NCBI GenBank assembly: GCA_046570105.1
Contig: JBKHVI010000056.1
Span: 1-16,468, forward strand
Source: Bacteriovoracia bacterium
GTDB lineage: Bacteria > Bdellovibrionota > Bacteriovoracia > Bacteriovoracales > Bacteriovoracaceae
Reading direction: 5' to 3'
Length of the DNA: 16,468 bases
Positions 1-8,617 of the stretch are shown here, in pieces; position 1 is the stretch's first letter, and each line of letters starts with the position of its first letter. Below the pieces are notes generated by a model. That model searched no databases. It worked only from the letters and a program-made list of their open reading frames with translations, and had not been told where the DNA came from. The position numbers and the translations under genes are program-made.

Positions 1-412
1 CACGAATGAGTGAAGCATAAACTTCAAAAAACGGACGATGGTAGCGCTGAATAAAGTGTTCTGTTTCTTCTTGGGTCACATCGCGAGCAATAAGTTTTAC
101 ACCTTGGGTATTTTCTTTCCAAAACATCACGCAATTTTCTTCCGCACGATTAAGATCGACACACACGCGGTGAACGTGGGCGACGAGCACACCGATACCA
201 GCTTCTTGAAGTGCTTTGATATCCACCAGCGCATCCACCCGATAATCCACATCCTCACGCATGGTGGCCAAATCGGCACAAAGGTAAGGAAGAAATTCCT
301 GGGGGACTTCTTCACCAGAGTGGGGAATGGAGACGATGCCGATTGCTCGCTCCGCCAAAGGGGGATGATAGGTAAATAGTGGGTTTTTGGCAGGGGCGTC
401 AGTTTGGAACAT
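1..412 (-). CDS. N-formylglutamate amidohydrolase (HutG-like), 3' end outside window
   Basis: Manual minus-strand translation from ATG at 412: MFQTDAPAKNPLF...IVSIPHSGEEVP...DVDYRVD...RVCVDLNR...RYHRPFF. The PHSG, DLNR and YHRP motifs are typical of the FGase family. Missing from the ORF track because the frame runs off the edge. Confidence 0.85.
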   Translation of the reverse strand, partial: MFQTDAPAKNPLFTYHPPLAERAIGIVSIPHSGEEVPQEFLPYLCADLATMREDVDYRVDALVDIKALQEAGIGVLVAHVHRVCVDLNRAEENCVMFWKENTQGVKLIARDVTQEETEHFIQRYHRPFFEVYASLIR

Positions 413-418
413 GCGTAA

Positions 419-448
419 ATTTTACCATTAAATCGTCTTAGACGTCTA
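419..448 (-). promoter_or_regulatory. Candidate sigma70 promoter for the hutG-like gene
   Basis: TAGACG-N18-TAAAAT with an extended TG. The -10 ends 6 nt before the ATG and there is no SD sequence. Confidence 0.5.
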
Positions 449-508
449 TCACCGACTAGGCGAGAGGATGGCCTTGGACTACACTCAAGGCCTTCCTATG
501 AGGTTTGT

Positions 509-1807
509 ATGAAATTTCCCGGCCGTCGTAAAACGAAGCACTATTTTCCTGTGACAGAGCGTGCGCGTGAGTCTTTTAGCGAAGAGTTGCAACGCCAGGG
601 GAGTGTGTACGTCGTAGGGATTGATCAATTGCTCGTCGATATTGAAATTCCTGTGACGGAAGAATTTCTGATGCAACACGATTTTGCTAAAGGCCAATCC
701 ATGGTGATTGACGATCAGTTGGCCGAATCAATTTATGCTCAGTTTAAAGATCAAGGCCTCATTAAGGGTGAGTATCCCGGTGGTGCTGTCGGAAATACAC
801 TGCATAATTTTTCTGTGCTCTCTGATGCGCCTTCGGTGGCGTTGGGTGCCATTAATAAACAGATTCAAGTCGGCGACTACGCTTTCAAATATATTTGCAA
901 TACCAGCTCTAAAGTTAATTTGAGTTATTTGCAACCCAGTGATCGCCCGATGGGACGCGCGCTGACGTTTGTGACTCCCGATGCTGAACGCACGTTCGCT
1001 ATCTCTAAGGGCTGCATGAATAGCCTCAGACCTGAAAGCATTCCGGTGGATGTGATTGAAGGAGCGGCAGCACTTTTACTTTCGGCTTATGTCTTCCGCG
1101 ATCCGACAGCACCGATCTATAAAGCAACTTTACACGCCGCTGAGATTGCCAAAAAGGCCGGCGTGCCGGTGGTGCTCTCGTTAGGTTCATCAGGTCTAGT
1201 AGCCGAGCAAAAAGAATTACTCATTCCTTTCTTGCGTGAATATGCCAACGTATTGGCGATGAATCGCTCAGAAGCCTTTGAGCTCAATGGGATTGAAGAC
1301 CCACTGCTTTCCGCAGAGCAGTTATTAGATTGGGTCGATATGGTGTTGCTCACTGTCGGTGCCAAAGGACTCTATCTCGCCAGCTGGTGTGATGAAGACA
1401 AACTTCGCCACACGAAAGATCCGCTGCATTCAAAATCAATTCCTGAGTACAATATGTGGGAGTACTCACGTGGGATGCATCGTGGTCGCTGTAAAAATCC
1501 TTTGAAAATTTACACCCACATCAATCCCTTTATGGGCGGTCCATTAGTCATTAAAAATACCAATGGGGCAGGGGATGCAGCGCTGGCGGCCGTGCTTCAT
1601 GATATTTCTGCTAATCTTTATCATCGTCTAGCGGTGCCGAATTCACCCAAGCATGATGGCAGCTATTTAACTTATTCTTCTCTTGGGCAAATCTCAAAGT
1701 ACGCCAATCGTGTGAGCTTTGAAGTGCTTTCACAAAATTCACCACGCTTGGCACGAGGACTTCCCGAGCGTGAGGATAGTCTTGAAGAAGCCTACTGGGC
1801 GAAGTAG
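509..1807 (+). CDS. gsk: Inosine/guanosine kinase (PfkB family)
   Basis: MKFPGRRKTKHYFPV start, NTNGAGDAALAA PfkB motif and RGLPEREDSLEEAYW end all closely match E. coli Gsk as I recall it. Confidence 0.95.
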   Translation: MKFPGRRKTKHYFPVTERARESFSEELQRQGSVYVVGIDQLLVDIEIPVTEEFLMQHDFAKGQSMVIDDQLAESIYAQFKDQGLIKGEYPGGAVGNTLHNFSVLSDAPSVALGAINKQIQVGDYAFKYICNTSSKVNLSYLQPSDRPMGRALTFVTPDAERTFAISKGCMNSLRPESIPVDVIEGAAALLLSAYVFRDPTAPIYKATLHAAEIAKKAGVPVVLSLGSSGLVAEQKELLIPFLREYANVLAMNRSEAFELNGIEDPLLSAEQLLDWVDMVLLTVGAKGLYLASWCDEDKLRHTKDPLHSKSIPEYNMWEYSRGMHRGRCKNPLKIYTHINPFMGGPLVIKNTNGAGDAALAAVLHDISANLYHRLAVPNSPKHDGSYLTYSSLGQISKYANRVSFEVLSQNSPRLARGLPEREDSLEEAYWAK

Positions 1808-2781
1808 TGAAAGATAAATTTCGTGAGGCCTTATTTAATGAAATTAAAGGCTCACTATTTGAGTATTTAACCGCCCTCGAGATCGCTCGTTCTCATAAGC
1901 TAGAGCTGGATTTTCTTAAAAATTTGCCGGAACATTATCAACAGGTCTTAGAGCAACAAGACCACATGACTCGTGAACTCTATCCAGAATTGGTCGCCTA
2001 TATGCCTAATTGGGCCAAGGTCACCGCCCAAGAATTTCTCAAAACTCATAAAGAGGCTTGGCAAAAGATTACTCTCACGGGGCAGTTGATTCACACCGAT
2101 GCCGCCGAGGAACAAGGGGCCGCCGATTTTATTCTTCAAGGAGAAAAGAATCACGGAGTGAGTTTGAAGTTGAATAAGAAGGCCGGCTCGGTGAATACCA
2201 AATCCGGTGGCATAAAAAGTTTTTTTACCACCTATTTCCCCACACAGCTTAGCGAGACTCTGCAAAATAAATTTAATCAATTAGTGGATGCTGAATTTTC
2301 AGTGGTGCGTTTTGAATTAATGGAAATGGCGGGACTTAAAACGGAGGCGACATGGGTTGAGTGGCGCAAGGCCGGATTGTCAGAGCTTCCCGGTGAATTG
2401 CCAAGTGATATGCGTGAACGTCTGCATGCTTTTTATGCGCGCGTCTCACTCGAACTGAGAAGTCATTTGGAGAAAATTGCTTCAGAGTATCCGTCGATCT
2501 TTCAGTTAGGACTCTTGAGTTTGTGTGGCCTGGCCGATGAAAATGTCACGCAGGTGATTTGTTTTCACGATATCCACGGTACTAAACCAAGTGAAGTGAA
2601 AGTATTAGTTAATACACAAATTGATTTAATAGATCGTCTCAAGCAGTTCACTTGGCGCGAGACTCCTCACACAGCTTCAGTTGAAATGCAGTTAAAAGAT
2701 TGGATTCTGCAAATACGCATCAAACCAATGAACAAGTTCACCACCACTGCGATCAAAATGAATTGTAGTTTGCGCTTCTAA
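1807..2781 (+). CDS. Hypothetical protein with restriction-endonuclease-like PD-(D/E)XK motifs
   Basis: 324 aa; GTG overlaps the gsk stop by 1 nt. N-terminal KGSLFE helix, then GAADFIL...GVSLK, resembling the D...SxK variant of the motif. Confidence 0.55.
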   Translation: MKDKFREALFNEIKGSLFEYLTALEIARSHKLELDFLKNLPEHYQQVLEQQDHMTRELYPELVAYMPNWAKVTAQEFLKTHKEAWQKITLTGQLIHTDAAEEQGAADFILQGEKNHGVSLKLNKKAGSVNTKSGGIKSFFTTYFPTQLSETLQNKFNQLVDAEFSVVRFELMEMAGLKTEATWVEWRKAGLSELPGELPSDMRERLHAFYARVSLELRSHLEKIASEYPSIFQLGLLSLCGLADENVTQVICFHDIHGTKPSEVKVLVNTQIDLIDRLKQFTWRETPHTASVEMQLKDWILQIRIKPMNKFTTTAIKMNCSLRF

Positions 2782-3335
2782 CCGGCGCGGACTTGCTGCT
2801 TATCCGTTGATAGACTGAATTCTGACAATTGCAAATCATACCAGCCACTATTTTCGGGCAAGCGCACGACGATATGGCGTTCATGGGCCTTACTTAAGAG
2901 TACTTGTTGTAATTGTTTTAAGCACAACGGATCTAGCGTAACTTTTTGCATATCAATAAACGTTCGTTCAGCTGGACGCAAAAGTGCGTGACAAACAGAG
3001 GCGACAAAACGCTCTTGTGAGCTGAGTTCTTGGTAGAGACGACGAGGATTTTGAAACCAAGAAGCAAGGGCCTTCAGACCTTGGGCTTCTAAGCGCTCTG
3101 CCAAAAGCATTTCTTTCTCACGATAGGTTCCTTCGATCACACCTTCTTCCAATGCCATCAAAAGATTATCCAACAAACTCATTTGTCGAAGTAAAGTCGT
3201 ACCGTCATCAGCATGACTAAAACGCGTACGGGGAGCATAGCTTTTGAGCCAACTCATAAAATGTTTGAGAGCATTACCGACAGGCGGTGCTACCCAAATC
3301 TCAAGTCCGTGTTTTTTTTCTGTTACCTGATTCAT
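2778..3335 (-). CDS. Hypothetical protein, degenerate ABC-ATPase-like
   Basis: 185 aa. LLRQMSLLDNL, ELSSQERFVASVCHALL and TFIDMQKVTLDP echo the post-Q-loop, signature and Walker B/D-loop regions. No Walker A. Confidence 0.5.
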   Translation of the reverse strand: MNQVTEKKHGLEIWVAPPVGNALKHFMSWLKSYAPRTRFSHADDGTTLLRQMSLLDNLLMALEEGVIEGTYREKEMLLAERLEAQGLKALASWFQNPRRLYQELSSQERFVASVCHALLRPAERTFIDMQKVTLDPLCLKQLQQVLLSKAHERHIVVRLPENSGWYDLQLSEFSLSTDKQQVRAG

Positions 3336-3343
3336 CCTTCAAC

Positions 3344-3371
3344 TATTCGGGTGGCAGAGGAGCAAACCTTA
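3344..3371 (-). promoter_or_regulatory. Candidate sigma28 (FliA) promoter
   Basis: Minus strand TAAGGTTT-N12-CCCGAATA versus consensus TAAAGTTT-N11-GCCGATAA, just upstream of the 185-aa gene. Confidence 0.4.
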
Positions 3372-3448
3372 AGAATTGCGCTAGCAGGACGCAAAGCTTG
3401 CCGGCATAATAAAAGAAACGTTTAATTTTACGACAAAAGGCGAGTGCT

Positions 3449-4654
3449 GTGGTCGGAGAAGCAACTCAGAAACCAGTTTTAGTCGGAATTTCGGGCGGCC
3501 TTGATTCCATGGTGGCCGCCTATCTTTTGAAAATTCAAAAGCGCCAACTCTATGCCGCGATTATTGCCGGTACTCCGGAAAATTTTCAAGATGAAGGTGA
3601 ATCTCTCTTTGCTTGTCATCAAAGTGAAGCGCGTCTTAAAGCTGCCAAAAAGTTTTGTGATCATTTGCAAATCCCACTCACGATCATTCGTCCACGCGAA
3701 GAATTTCAAGAAGACGTCCTTGAGCCCTGGCTCTCGGCCAAGATTTTAGGTAAGCGTCCACGTCACTGCCAAAATTGCCATGCTTTTCGGCTAAGACTTT
3801 TATGGAAACACATGAAGGAACTCAAGTGTGAAACCATGGCGACCGGCCATTTCGCTAAACTGGTGCGCTCTTCACCGGGAGCACCGGTGGGTGTTCACTC
3901 ATCTAACGATCTCGAGGCCGATCAAGCGGGACTTTTGGCACTGTTGCCGCAAGAGATTTTATCTTCCTTGGAGTTGCCACTCTCAGAATTACAACACAAA
4001 GAAGTCATTAAAATTGCCAGCAATTTTTCTCTCACTCCACCCGAGCGCGTAGTTAAGTTTGGCGAATGCCTGCCACCCACTGATAGTGTTAAAGCTTGGA
4101 TGAAGTCTCGTATCCCCGCCAAATTTAATACTGAGGGTGAAATCATTTTTAACGATAGTCTGCTTGAGCGACATGAAGGACTCTCCACTTTGAGTTTTGG
4201 TAAACCTTGGAAAGAATTTTCTCAGCATGAAAAGCCTCAGCTTTTTGTCGCCAGTGAATGGTCTAAAAAAACCGTTCAGGTTGAGCCTGCTGATTTCTTT
4301 CTTGATTCAGCGACTTTTTTAACCGCCTGTCATTGGGGTGAGGGAGTTGATCTGAGCACCCCTCAAAAAGGCTATTTGCATTTTGGTGGAGGCCTCAATG
4401 ACCGTGAGGTACTGGTTCGTCCACGCACACTCGGTGGCGCCTGGGTGCAATTAGTTGATGGCGAAAAAATGTCCTTTCCCCTTGGTGGTGATCTGGTGGT
4501 TTTCCGTCGTCGCGGTAAAAACGCCAAGGTGCTGGTGACGGGTGCGATCCATCGCCTGGGCCGGGAATGGGGTAAAAACACCATTGAAATGGAAGGCAAT
4601 GGTGCTGGCAGTAAAAATGGTGTGATAGAACTGGATAAAGATTTCAACTTCTAG
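3449..4654 (+). CDS. Divergent MnmA-family tRNA thiouridylase paralog
   Basis: PP-loop SGGLDS, PRHCQNCH (CxxC), ATGHFA, DQAGLL (canonical DQSYFL) and FGECL, with MnmA-like domain order. Confidence 0.75.
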   Translation: MVGEATQKPVLVGISGGLDSMVAAYLLKIQKRQLYAAIIAGTPENFQDEGESLFACHQSEARLKAAKKFCDHLQIPLTIIRPREEFQEDVLEPWLSAKILGKRPRHCQNCHAFRLRLLWKHMKELKCETMATGHFAKLVRSSPGAPVGVHSSNDLEADQAGLLALLPQEILSSLELPLSELQHKEVIKIASNFSLTPPERVVKFGECLPPTDSVKAWMKSRIPAKFNTEGEIIFNDSLLERHEGLSTLSFGKPWKEFSQHEKPQLFVASEWSKKTVQVEPADFFLDSATFLTACHWGEGVDLSTPQKGYLHFGGGLNDREVLVRPRTLGGAWVQLVDGEKMSFPLGGDLVVFRRRGKNAKVLVTGAIHRLGREWGKNTIEMEGNGAGSKNGVIELDKDFNF

Positions 4655-4701
4655 AACAGACCGTCTTGACCCAAAGGTCCCCTGGGGTGATAGTGCCTCC
4701 C

Positions 4702-5874
4702 ATGGATCCGCTTAATCTCCTCAATTCTATTGGTTTAAAGGTCACTCAGGAGACCCTCCAAGAAAACGCCCAAAAAACCGTGGTGGTGGGGATGTCAGGT
4801 GGGGTGGACTCCTCCGTCACAGCTCTTCTCATCAAACTGTTGGGATATAAAACCATTGGCGTCTTCATGAAGAACTGGGAAGAAGCCGAAGGTGCTTGTA
4901 CTGCTGAAGAAGACTGGCGTGATGTGAGACGAGTGGCGGGAGAGTTAGATATTCCCGTTTATAGCGTGAATTTTAGTGAGCAGTATCGCGAACTTGTTTT
5001 TGCAACTTTTCTCAAAGAATACTCCGAAGGCCACACGCCCAATCCCGATATCCTTTGTAATCGCGAAATTAAATTCAAAGTTTTCTCTGACTACGCCCAA
5101 ATGCTAGGCGCCGATTTTGTCGCCACCGGACACTACTGCCGCACCGAGAATGGAAAACTTTTGAAAGGTGTTGATCCGCAAAAAGACCAGAGCTACTTCC
5201 TCCATGCGATCCAAGGGGACGTGCTCAAAAAAGTTCTCTTTCCGGTAGGTCATCTTCCGAAAAAAACAGTGCGTGAACTGGCGACGCAATTTGAGCTCTC
5301 GACTAAAGACAAAAAAGATTCCACTGGCGTCTGCTTCATTGGTGAACGTGACTTTAAAGAGTTTCTCTCTAACTACATCAAAACTACGCAAGGAAACTTC
5401 GTCGATTTGAGCGGCAAGAAACTCGGCCCCCATGACGGAGTGTGCTTCTACACCATGGGCCAGCGTAAAGGCCTCGGAGTCGGGGGCCCTGGTGAGCCTT
5501 GGTTTGTCGCCAAGAAGAATATCCCGCAAAACGAAGTCATCTTGGTGCAAGGTGAAGAGCACCCCGCGCTCTATAGCGATGGGCTCACTGCTACCGAGGC
5601 CACCTGGCTCACCACCACGCCCAGCTTTCCATTAAGATGTAAGGCCAAGGTTCGCTACCGCCAGCAAGATCAAGACTGCACTGTGACCCACGACAATGGA
5701 GTGCTCACGGTCGTATTCGATACCCCTCAGCGTGCTATTACGCCTCGCCAATCAGTGGTCTTCTATGATGGTGAGGTCTGCTTAGGGGGAGCGGTGATTA
5801 TCGAGGCCATGCCCAGTTATTTTGATTTAGGGCGCTCGTTACCTGTCACTGAAGCCTTCGCTTCAAATCCCTGA
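4702..5874 (+). CDS. mnmA: tRNA-specific 2-thiouridylase MnmA
   Basis: MSGGVDSS, FMKNWE, PNPDILCNREIKF, ATGHY, KDQSYFL, KKDSTGVCFIG, GQRKGLG. ATG 4702 preferred over TTG 4666, which looks like a -35 box. Confidence 0.96.
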   Translation: MDPLNLLNSIGLKVTQETLQENAQKTVVVGMSGGVDSSVTALLIKLLGYKTIGVFMKNWEEAEGACTAEEDWRDVRRVAGELDIPVYSVNFSEQYRELVFATFLKEYSEGHTPNPDILCNREIKFKVFSDYAQMLGADFVATGHYCRTENGKLLKGVDPQKDQSYFLHAIQGDVLKKVLFPVGHLPKKTVRELATQFELSTKDKKDSTGVCFIGERDFKEFLSNYIKTTQGNFVDLSGKKLGPHDGVCFYTMGQRKGLGVGGPGEPWFVAKKNIPQNEVILVQGEEHPALYSDGLTATEATWLTTTPSFPLRCKAKVRYRQQDQDCTVTHDNGVLTVVFDTPQRAITPRQSVVFYDGEVCLGGAVIIEAMPSYFDLGRSLPVTEAFASNP

Positions 5875-6014
5875 CATTCGCCCGCGCCGGCGTTCGCTAC
5901 GGCCTTAGAGGGCTGATCCTTGCTTTTAATACCAAATTTACGACACCCATAGGGCATCTGAGCGTCAAACGTTATGAAATAGTGCCGGCAGTTGCGGCAA
6001 ATGGGCTTATCCAT
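5817..6014 (-). CDS. Small Cys-rich protein (CxxCxH...GC...C), probable metal binder
   Basis: CRNCRHYFITFD..PYGCRKFGIKS..PS...EC..FE pattern matches a widespread small family. Overlaps the mnmA 3' end convergently by 58 nt. Start is 6014 or 6017. Confidence 0.8.
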   Translation of the reverse strand: MDKPICRNCRHYFITFDAQMPYGCRKFGIKSKDQPSKAVANAGAGECQGFEAKASVTGNERPKSK

Positions 6015-6209
6015 CATTCAATTTTATTGAGAAATGGCGGGGAGGGAAGCTAGGTAAATTCCCCCTATTGTCGAGTATTTATGCGGCCCCTCCAAGGTCT
6101 AGTCATATAAAAACTGCACAGGTCGATACTCCGCCCCCCAACGTCCCAAAAATCCATGTTAGCGTTTGCCAGGAGAGCACAGAAGAAATCCTTTTCAGAG
6201 GGTGGCTTC

Positions 6210-6225
6210 TGGCATGGGGGATGCA
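6210..6225 (+). promoter_or_regulatory. Candidate sigma54 promoter
   Basis: TGGCAT-N5-ATGCA with exact GG-N10-GC spacing, about 60 nt upstream of ATG 6285. Confidence 0.45.
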
Positions 6226-6284
6226 AACGTATCCCTGACAAGGCGGCACGCCTGACCGATGAGGGTTGGGCAAAAAGGTAGAAC

Positions 6285-6584
6285 ATGTCACGTATGCTGG
6301 AAATTGAGTCTCGCGAAAAACTAACGCTGGTGCCGGCGTCGTTTATGGAAATCCCGAAAAGAGGGGATGACCCGCTCGCTGATTTGCTTAATGAATTTAA
6401 CGATTATGACTATCTCGAGTCTGAAGTTGCTGAGCCGACCATTATAACCCCTCCCACGGTCGCTCTGGCCCAGCGTGAGGACCAGATGATGGTGACGCTT
6501 GATAACCAACTTTCTGCCTTGCGTGAAGGCCTCCAGCGCATGCGTTTCTATCTCTCGGATGTGGATAACTCCCTCCAAAGATAG
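6285..6584 (+). CDS. Hypothetical acidic protein with C-terminal coiled-coil-like helix
   Basis: 99-aa ORF preceded by AAGGT; fills the gap before the tRNA promoter. Confidence 0.7.
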   Translation: MSRMLEIESREKLTLVPASFMEIPKRGDDPLADLLNEFNDYDYLESEVAEPTIITPPTVALAQREDQMMVTLDNQLSALREGLQRMRFYLSDVDNSLQR

Positions 6585-6595
6585 AGATTCCTCGC

Positions 6596-6624
6596 TAGAC
6601 AACTTTCTCCAAATCCCCTAACTT
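6596..6624 (+). promoter_or_regulatory. sigma70 promoter of tRNA-Leu
   Basis: TAGACA-N17-TAACTT, 23 nt upstream of the tRNA. Confidence 0.55.
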
Positions 6625-6647
6625 TGACCTTCACCAAATTAAGATTT

Positions 6648-6734
6648 GCCCAGGTGGCGAAATTGGTAGACGCACTACCTTGAGGTGGTAGCACTCGCAA
6701 GGGTATGGGGGTTCGAGTCCCTTCCTGGGCACCA
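6648..6734 (+). tRNA. tRNA-Leu(GAG)
   Basis: GCCCAGG/CCTGGGC acceptor stem plus ACCA, D-arm GGCGAAATTGGTAGACGC, anticodon stem CTACC/GGTAG with GAG at 6682-6684, long variable arm and GTTCGAGTC T-loop. Confidence 0.97.
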
Positions 6735-6784
6735 AGATATAGAAAAGCCCCGAAGATGTTAAAGTCTTCGGGGCTTTTTTGTTT
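6718..6784 (+). repeat. attL direct repeat (67 bp)
   Basis: TCCCTTCCTGGGCACCAAGATATAGAAAAGCCCCGAAGATGTTAAAGTCTTCGGGGCTTTTTTGTTT, repeated at 11639-11704. Confidence 0.93.
6743..6780 (+). terminator. Intrinsic terminator after the tRNA, probably bidirectional
   Basis: AAAAGCCCCGAAGA-tgttaaag-TCTTCGGGGCTTTTTT. Confidence 0.9.
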
Positions 6785-6804
6785 GTGGCGCTATATTGGC
6801 GCTA
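6785..6804 (+). repeat. Putative integrase arm-type sites (tandem TGGCGCTA), left
   Basis: GTGGCGCTATATTGGCGCTA, 19/20 identical to 11489-11508. Confidence 0.75.
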
Positions 6805-7029
6805 TTTTTGTCTTGTTACCTTCGAAGTCGGAACTGATATTCTTTCACCATCAGGCTTTGTTCCCTCAACAGTCAGGTATGCTTTTAGCCTATTTGCTAG
6901 CTCTGTTGCTGTTGAGAAAGGTCTGATGTTGGTTAGCAAAATATCACCGTTCTCATCATCGTGATAAATAGCACTGCCTCCTTCATTAAGCTGATTTCCA
7001 AATTTGTCATTCCACGCAATTTTGATCAT
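6802..7029 (-). CDS. Small hypothetical protein (75 aa)
   Basis: AAGGA SD 6 nt before the ATG; lies between int and attL. Confidence 0.55.
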   Translation of the reverse strand: MIKIAWNDKFGNQLNEGGSAIYHDDENGDILLTNIRPFSTATELANRLKAYLTVEGTKPDGERISVPTSKVTRQK

Positions 7030-7093
7030 AAAAAATCCTTAGATAAGTGAGAAACATAAGTGTCTCCCTTAATAAGTTGTTAATTTACGAGAA

Positions 7094-8202
7094 TCAATTT
7101 CTTAGGATTTTCAAATCGCTTGGAGCGCTTCTAGTTCCCCCAAAACTCACCACATTCGCCGCTTTCAATAAGTGCTCAGGAGCCAGATGCGCGTATCGCT
7201 GGGTCATCTCAAGACTCGTGTGTCCCATGATCTTCTGGAGGTCATAAATATTGCCTCCGTTCATCATGAAGTGACTCGCAAAGGTGTGCCTCAGATCGTG
7301 GAAGCGGAAATGCTCTTTGATCTGGGCCCCTTTAAGGGCCTTCTCGAATTCACGATAAAGATGATTCACATCAAAGGGATTTCCATCCTGATCGAGAAAT
7401 ACCATCTCCTTCAGTGCGCTTTCTTTTAATTCTAAAAGATGTCCCCTCACGACCGCATTCATAGGAATAAATCGTCGGCTCTTTACCGTTTTAGTACGAT
7501 CACTCAAACCCGATCGATCCCTGAGACGCGTGACTTCGATAAAGTTCCTCTCGAAACTCACCTTATCCCAGCATAGCCCCGCTAATTCTCCTCGTCGCAT
7601 TCCGGTATTGATCGCCACCAGAAATAGCGAGTAGAAGTAGCGTCCACGACTTGCTTCCAGCACACGATTAATTTGATCTGTGGTGAGATAAATATCAGGC
7701 CTTGGAGGCTCCTTCATTTCTCGCAGATACTGCAAGGATTCTTCTCTAGGCGATTTTCTTTAACCGCTTCAATTAGAATTCTTTTAAAGATACCTACAAT
7801 ATTATTAATCCCTCGGGCATTATGGCCGCGCTCAGTGAGAGCTTTAATTAACTGATCGCTATGTGTGAGTCTGAGGTCTATGAGTTTTAAATGACCAAAG
7901 CGTGGCAGCAGATGAAATCTCACCACATGGCCATAGTGTTCATAGGTTCTGCCAGAGAGTTGAAGCTTTACTCGGGTCTCTAGCCAGAGGTCTGCATATT
8001 CCGCCAAACTCATCGTGTATTCAGCGAGAAAGACCTTCGGCATAATACCCGTTGAGCGATAGTTTGATTTCTCGCTCTGCATACGCGCTTTCCAATTCGT
8101 GGCATCGGATTTACGGGTGAAGCGAGGAGAGTGGTGGGCCTTTCCTTCCACATAAACTTTCTCTCGATAGAAAGTGCCTTTCTTCGTTTTAATTACTTGC
8201 AT
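7094..8202 (-). pseudogene. int: Tyrosine integrase split by a 1-nt frameshift near 7735
   Basis: AAGGAG SD before ATG 8202. The N-terminal arm/core-binding part ends LEKNP and the next frame continues QYLREMKEP...GMRRGE...TKT...HDLRH...MGH...RYAH with the full R-K-H-R-H-Y set. Adding one base gives 369 aa. Confidence 0.9.
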
Positions 8203-8308
8203 AGAAAACTCCTTGAAAAAGAGTCTTCGCCAGTGTCGTCTGTCCCCATCTTTTTTTGTCAAAGAACATGGGATTGTCACCAATCCACAGCGAAGACTCT
8301 ATCACAAA

Positions 8309-8593
8309 TCACCCCTCAAACGTCTTGAGATTTTGTTGGATATATCGCTCTAAATCCTCCTCACGGAAGCGAACCAGAGCACCTAGTTTCACATAGCTAA
8401 TCTCACGCCTAAAGACCGCCTGCCTGAGCCTTGAAACCTTGATGTTTAATCGACTAGATGCTTCATCAATTGTCATCAGTTTCTTGTCTCCCCATTGAGC
8501 CAGTCTCTCTTTCACTAGATTTTCTACGAACTCAAAAATTTCTTTCTTAAAAACCAACATGGGTAACACTGTCCCCAGTAATTCTTTTTCCAT
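8309..8593 (-). CDS. Excisionase-family HTH protein (HTH_17/MerR-like)
   Basis: LMTIDEASSRLNIKVSRLRQAVFRREISYVKLGALVRFREEDLERYI is a typical Xis pattern; directly upstream of int; AAAGGA SD. Confidence 0.88.
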   Translation of the reverse strand: MEKELLGTVLPMLVFKKEIFEFVENLVKERLAQWGDKKLMTIDEASSRLNIKVSRLRQAVFRREISYVKLGALVRFREEDLERYIQQNLKTFEG

Positions 8594-8617
8594 TTCTCTA
8601 TCCTTTGCTTTGATTTA

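Noticed and set aside
38..379. 113-aa plus-strand ORF (and 127-315 minus)
   Set aside because: Shadows of the minus-strand hutG-like gene, which carries clear family motifs.
1807..2781. Complete type II restriction-modification system
   Set aside because: No DNA methyltransferase motifs in any neighbouring ORF.
5817..6017. Uracil-DNA glycosylase label for the Cys-rich protein
   Set aside because: Far too short and lacks UDG catalytic motifs.
6705..6964. ORFs 6705-6926, 6779-6964 and 11676-11978 (two share MLKSSGLFC)
   Set aside because: They translate the tRNA/att terminator repeat or lie antisense to real genes.
7714..7770. Programmed -1 frameshift in the integrase
   Set aside because: No X-XXY-YYZ slippery heptamer between the upstream -1-frame TAA and the frame-0 TGA. 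A point deletion or assembly error is simpler.
8203..8283. 27-codon N-terminal extension of int from the ORF track
   Set aside because: The SD sits in front of ATG 8202, and the extension covers the putative promoter/operator.
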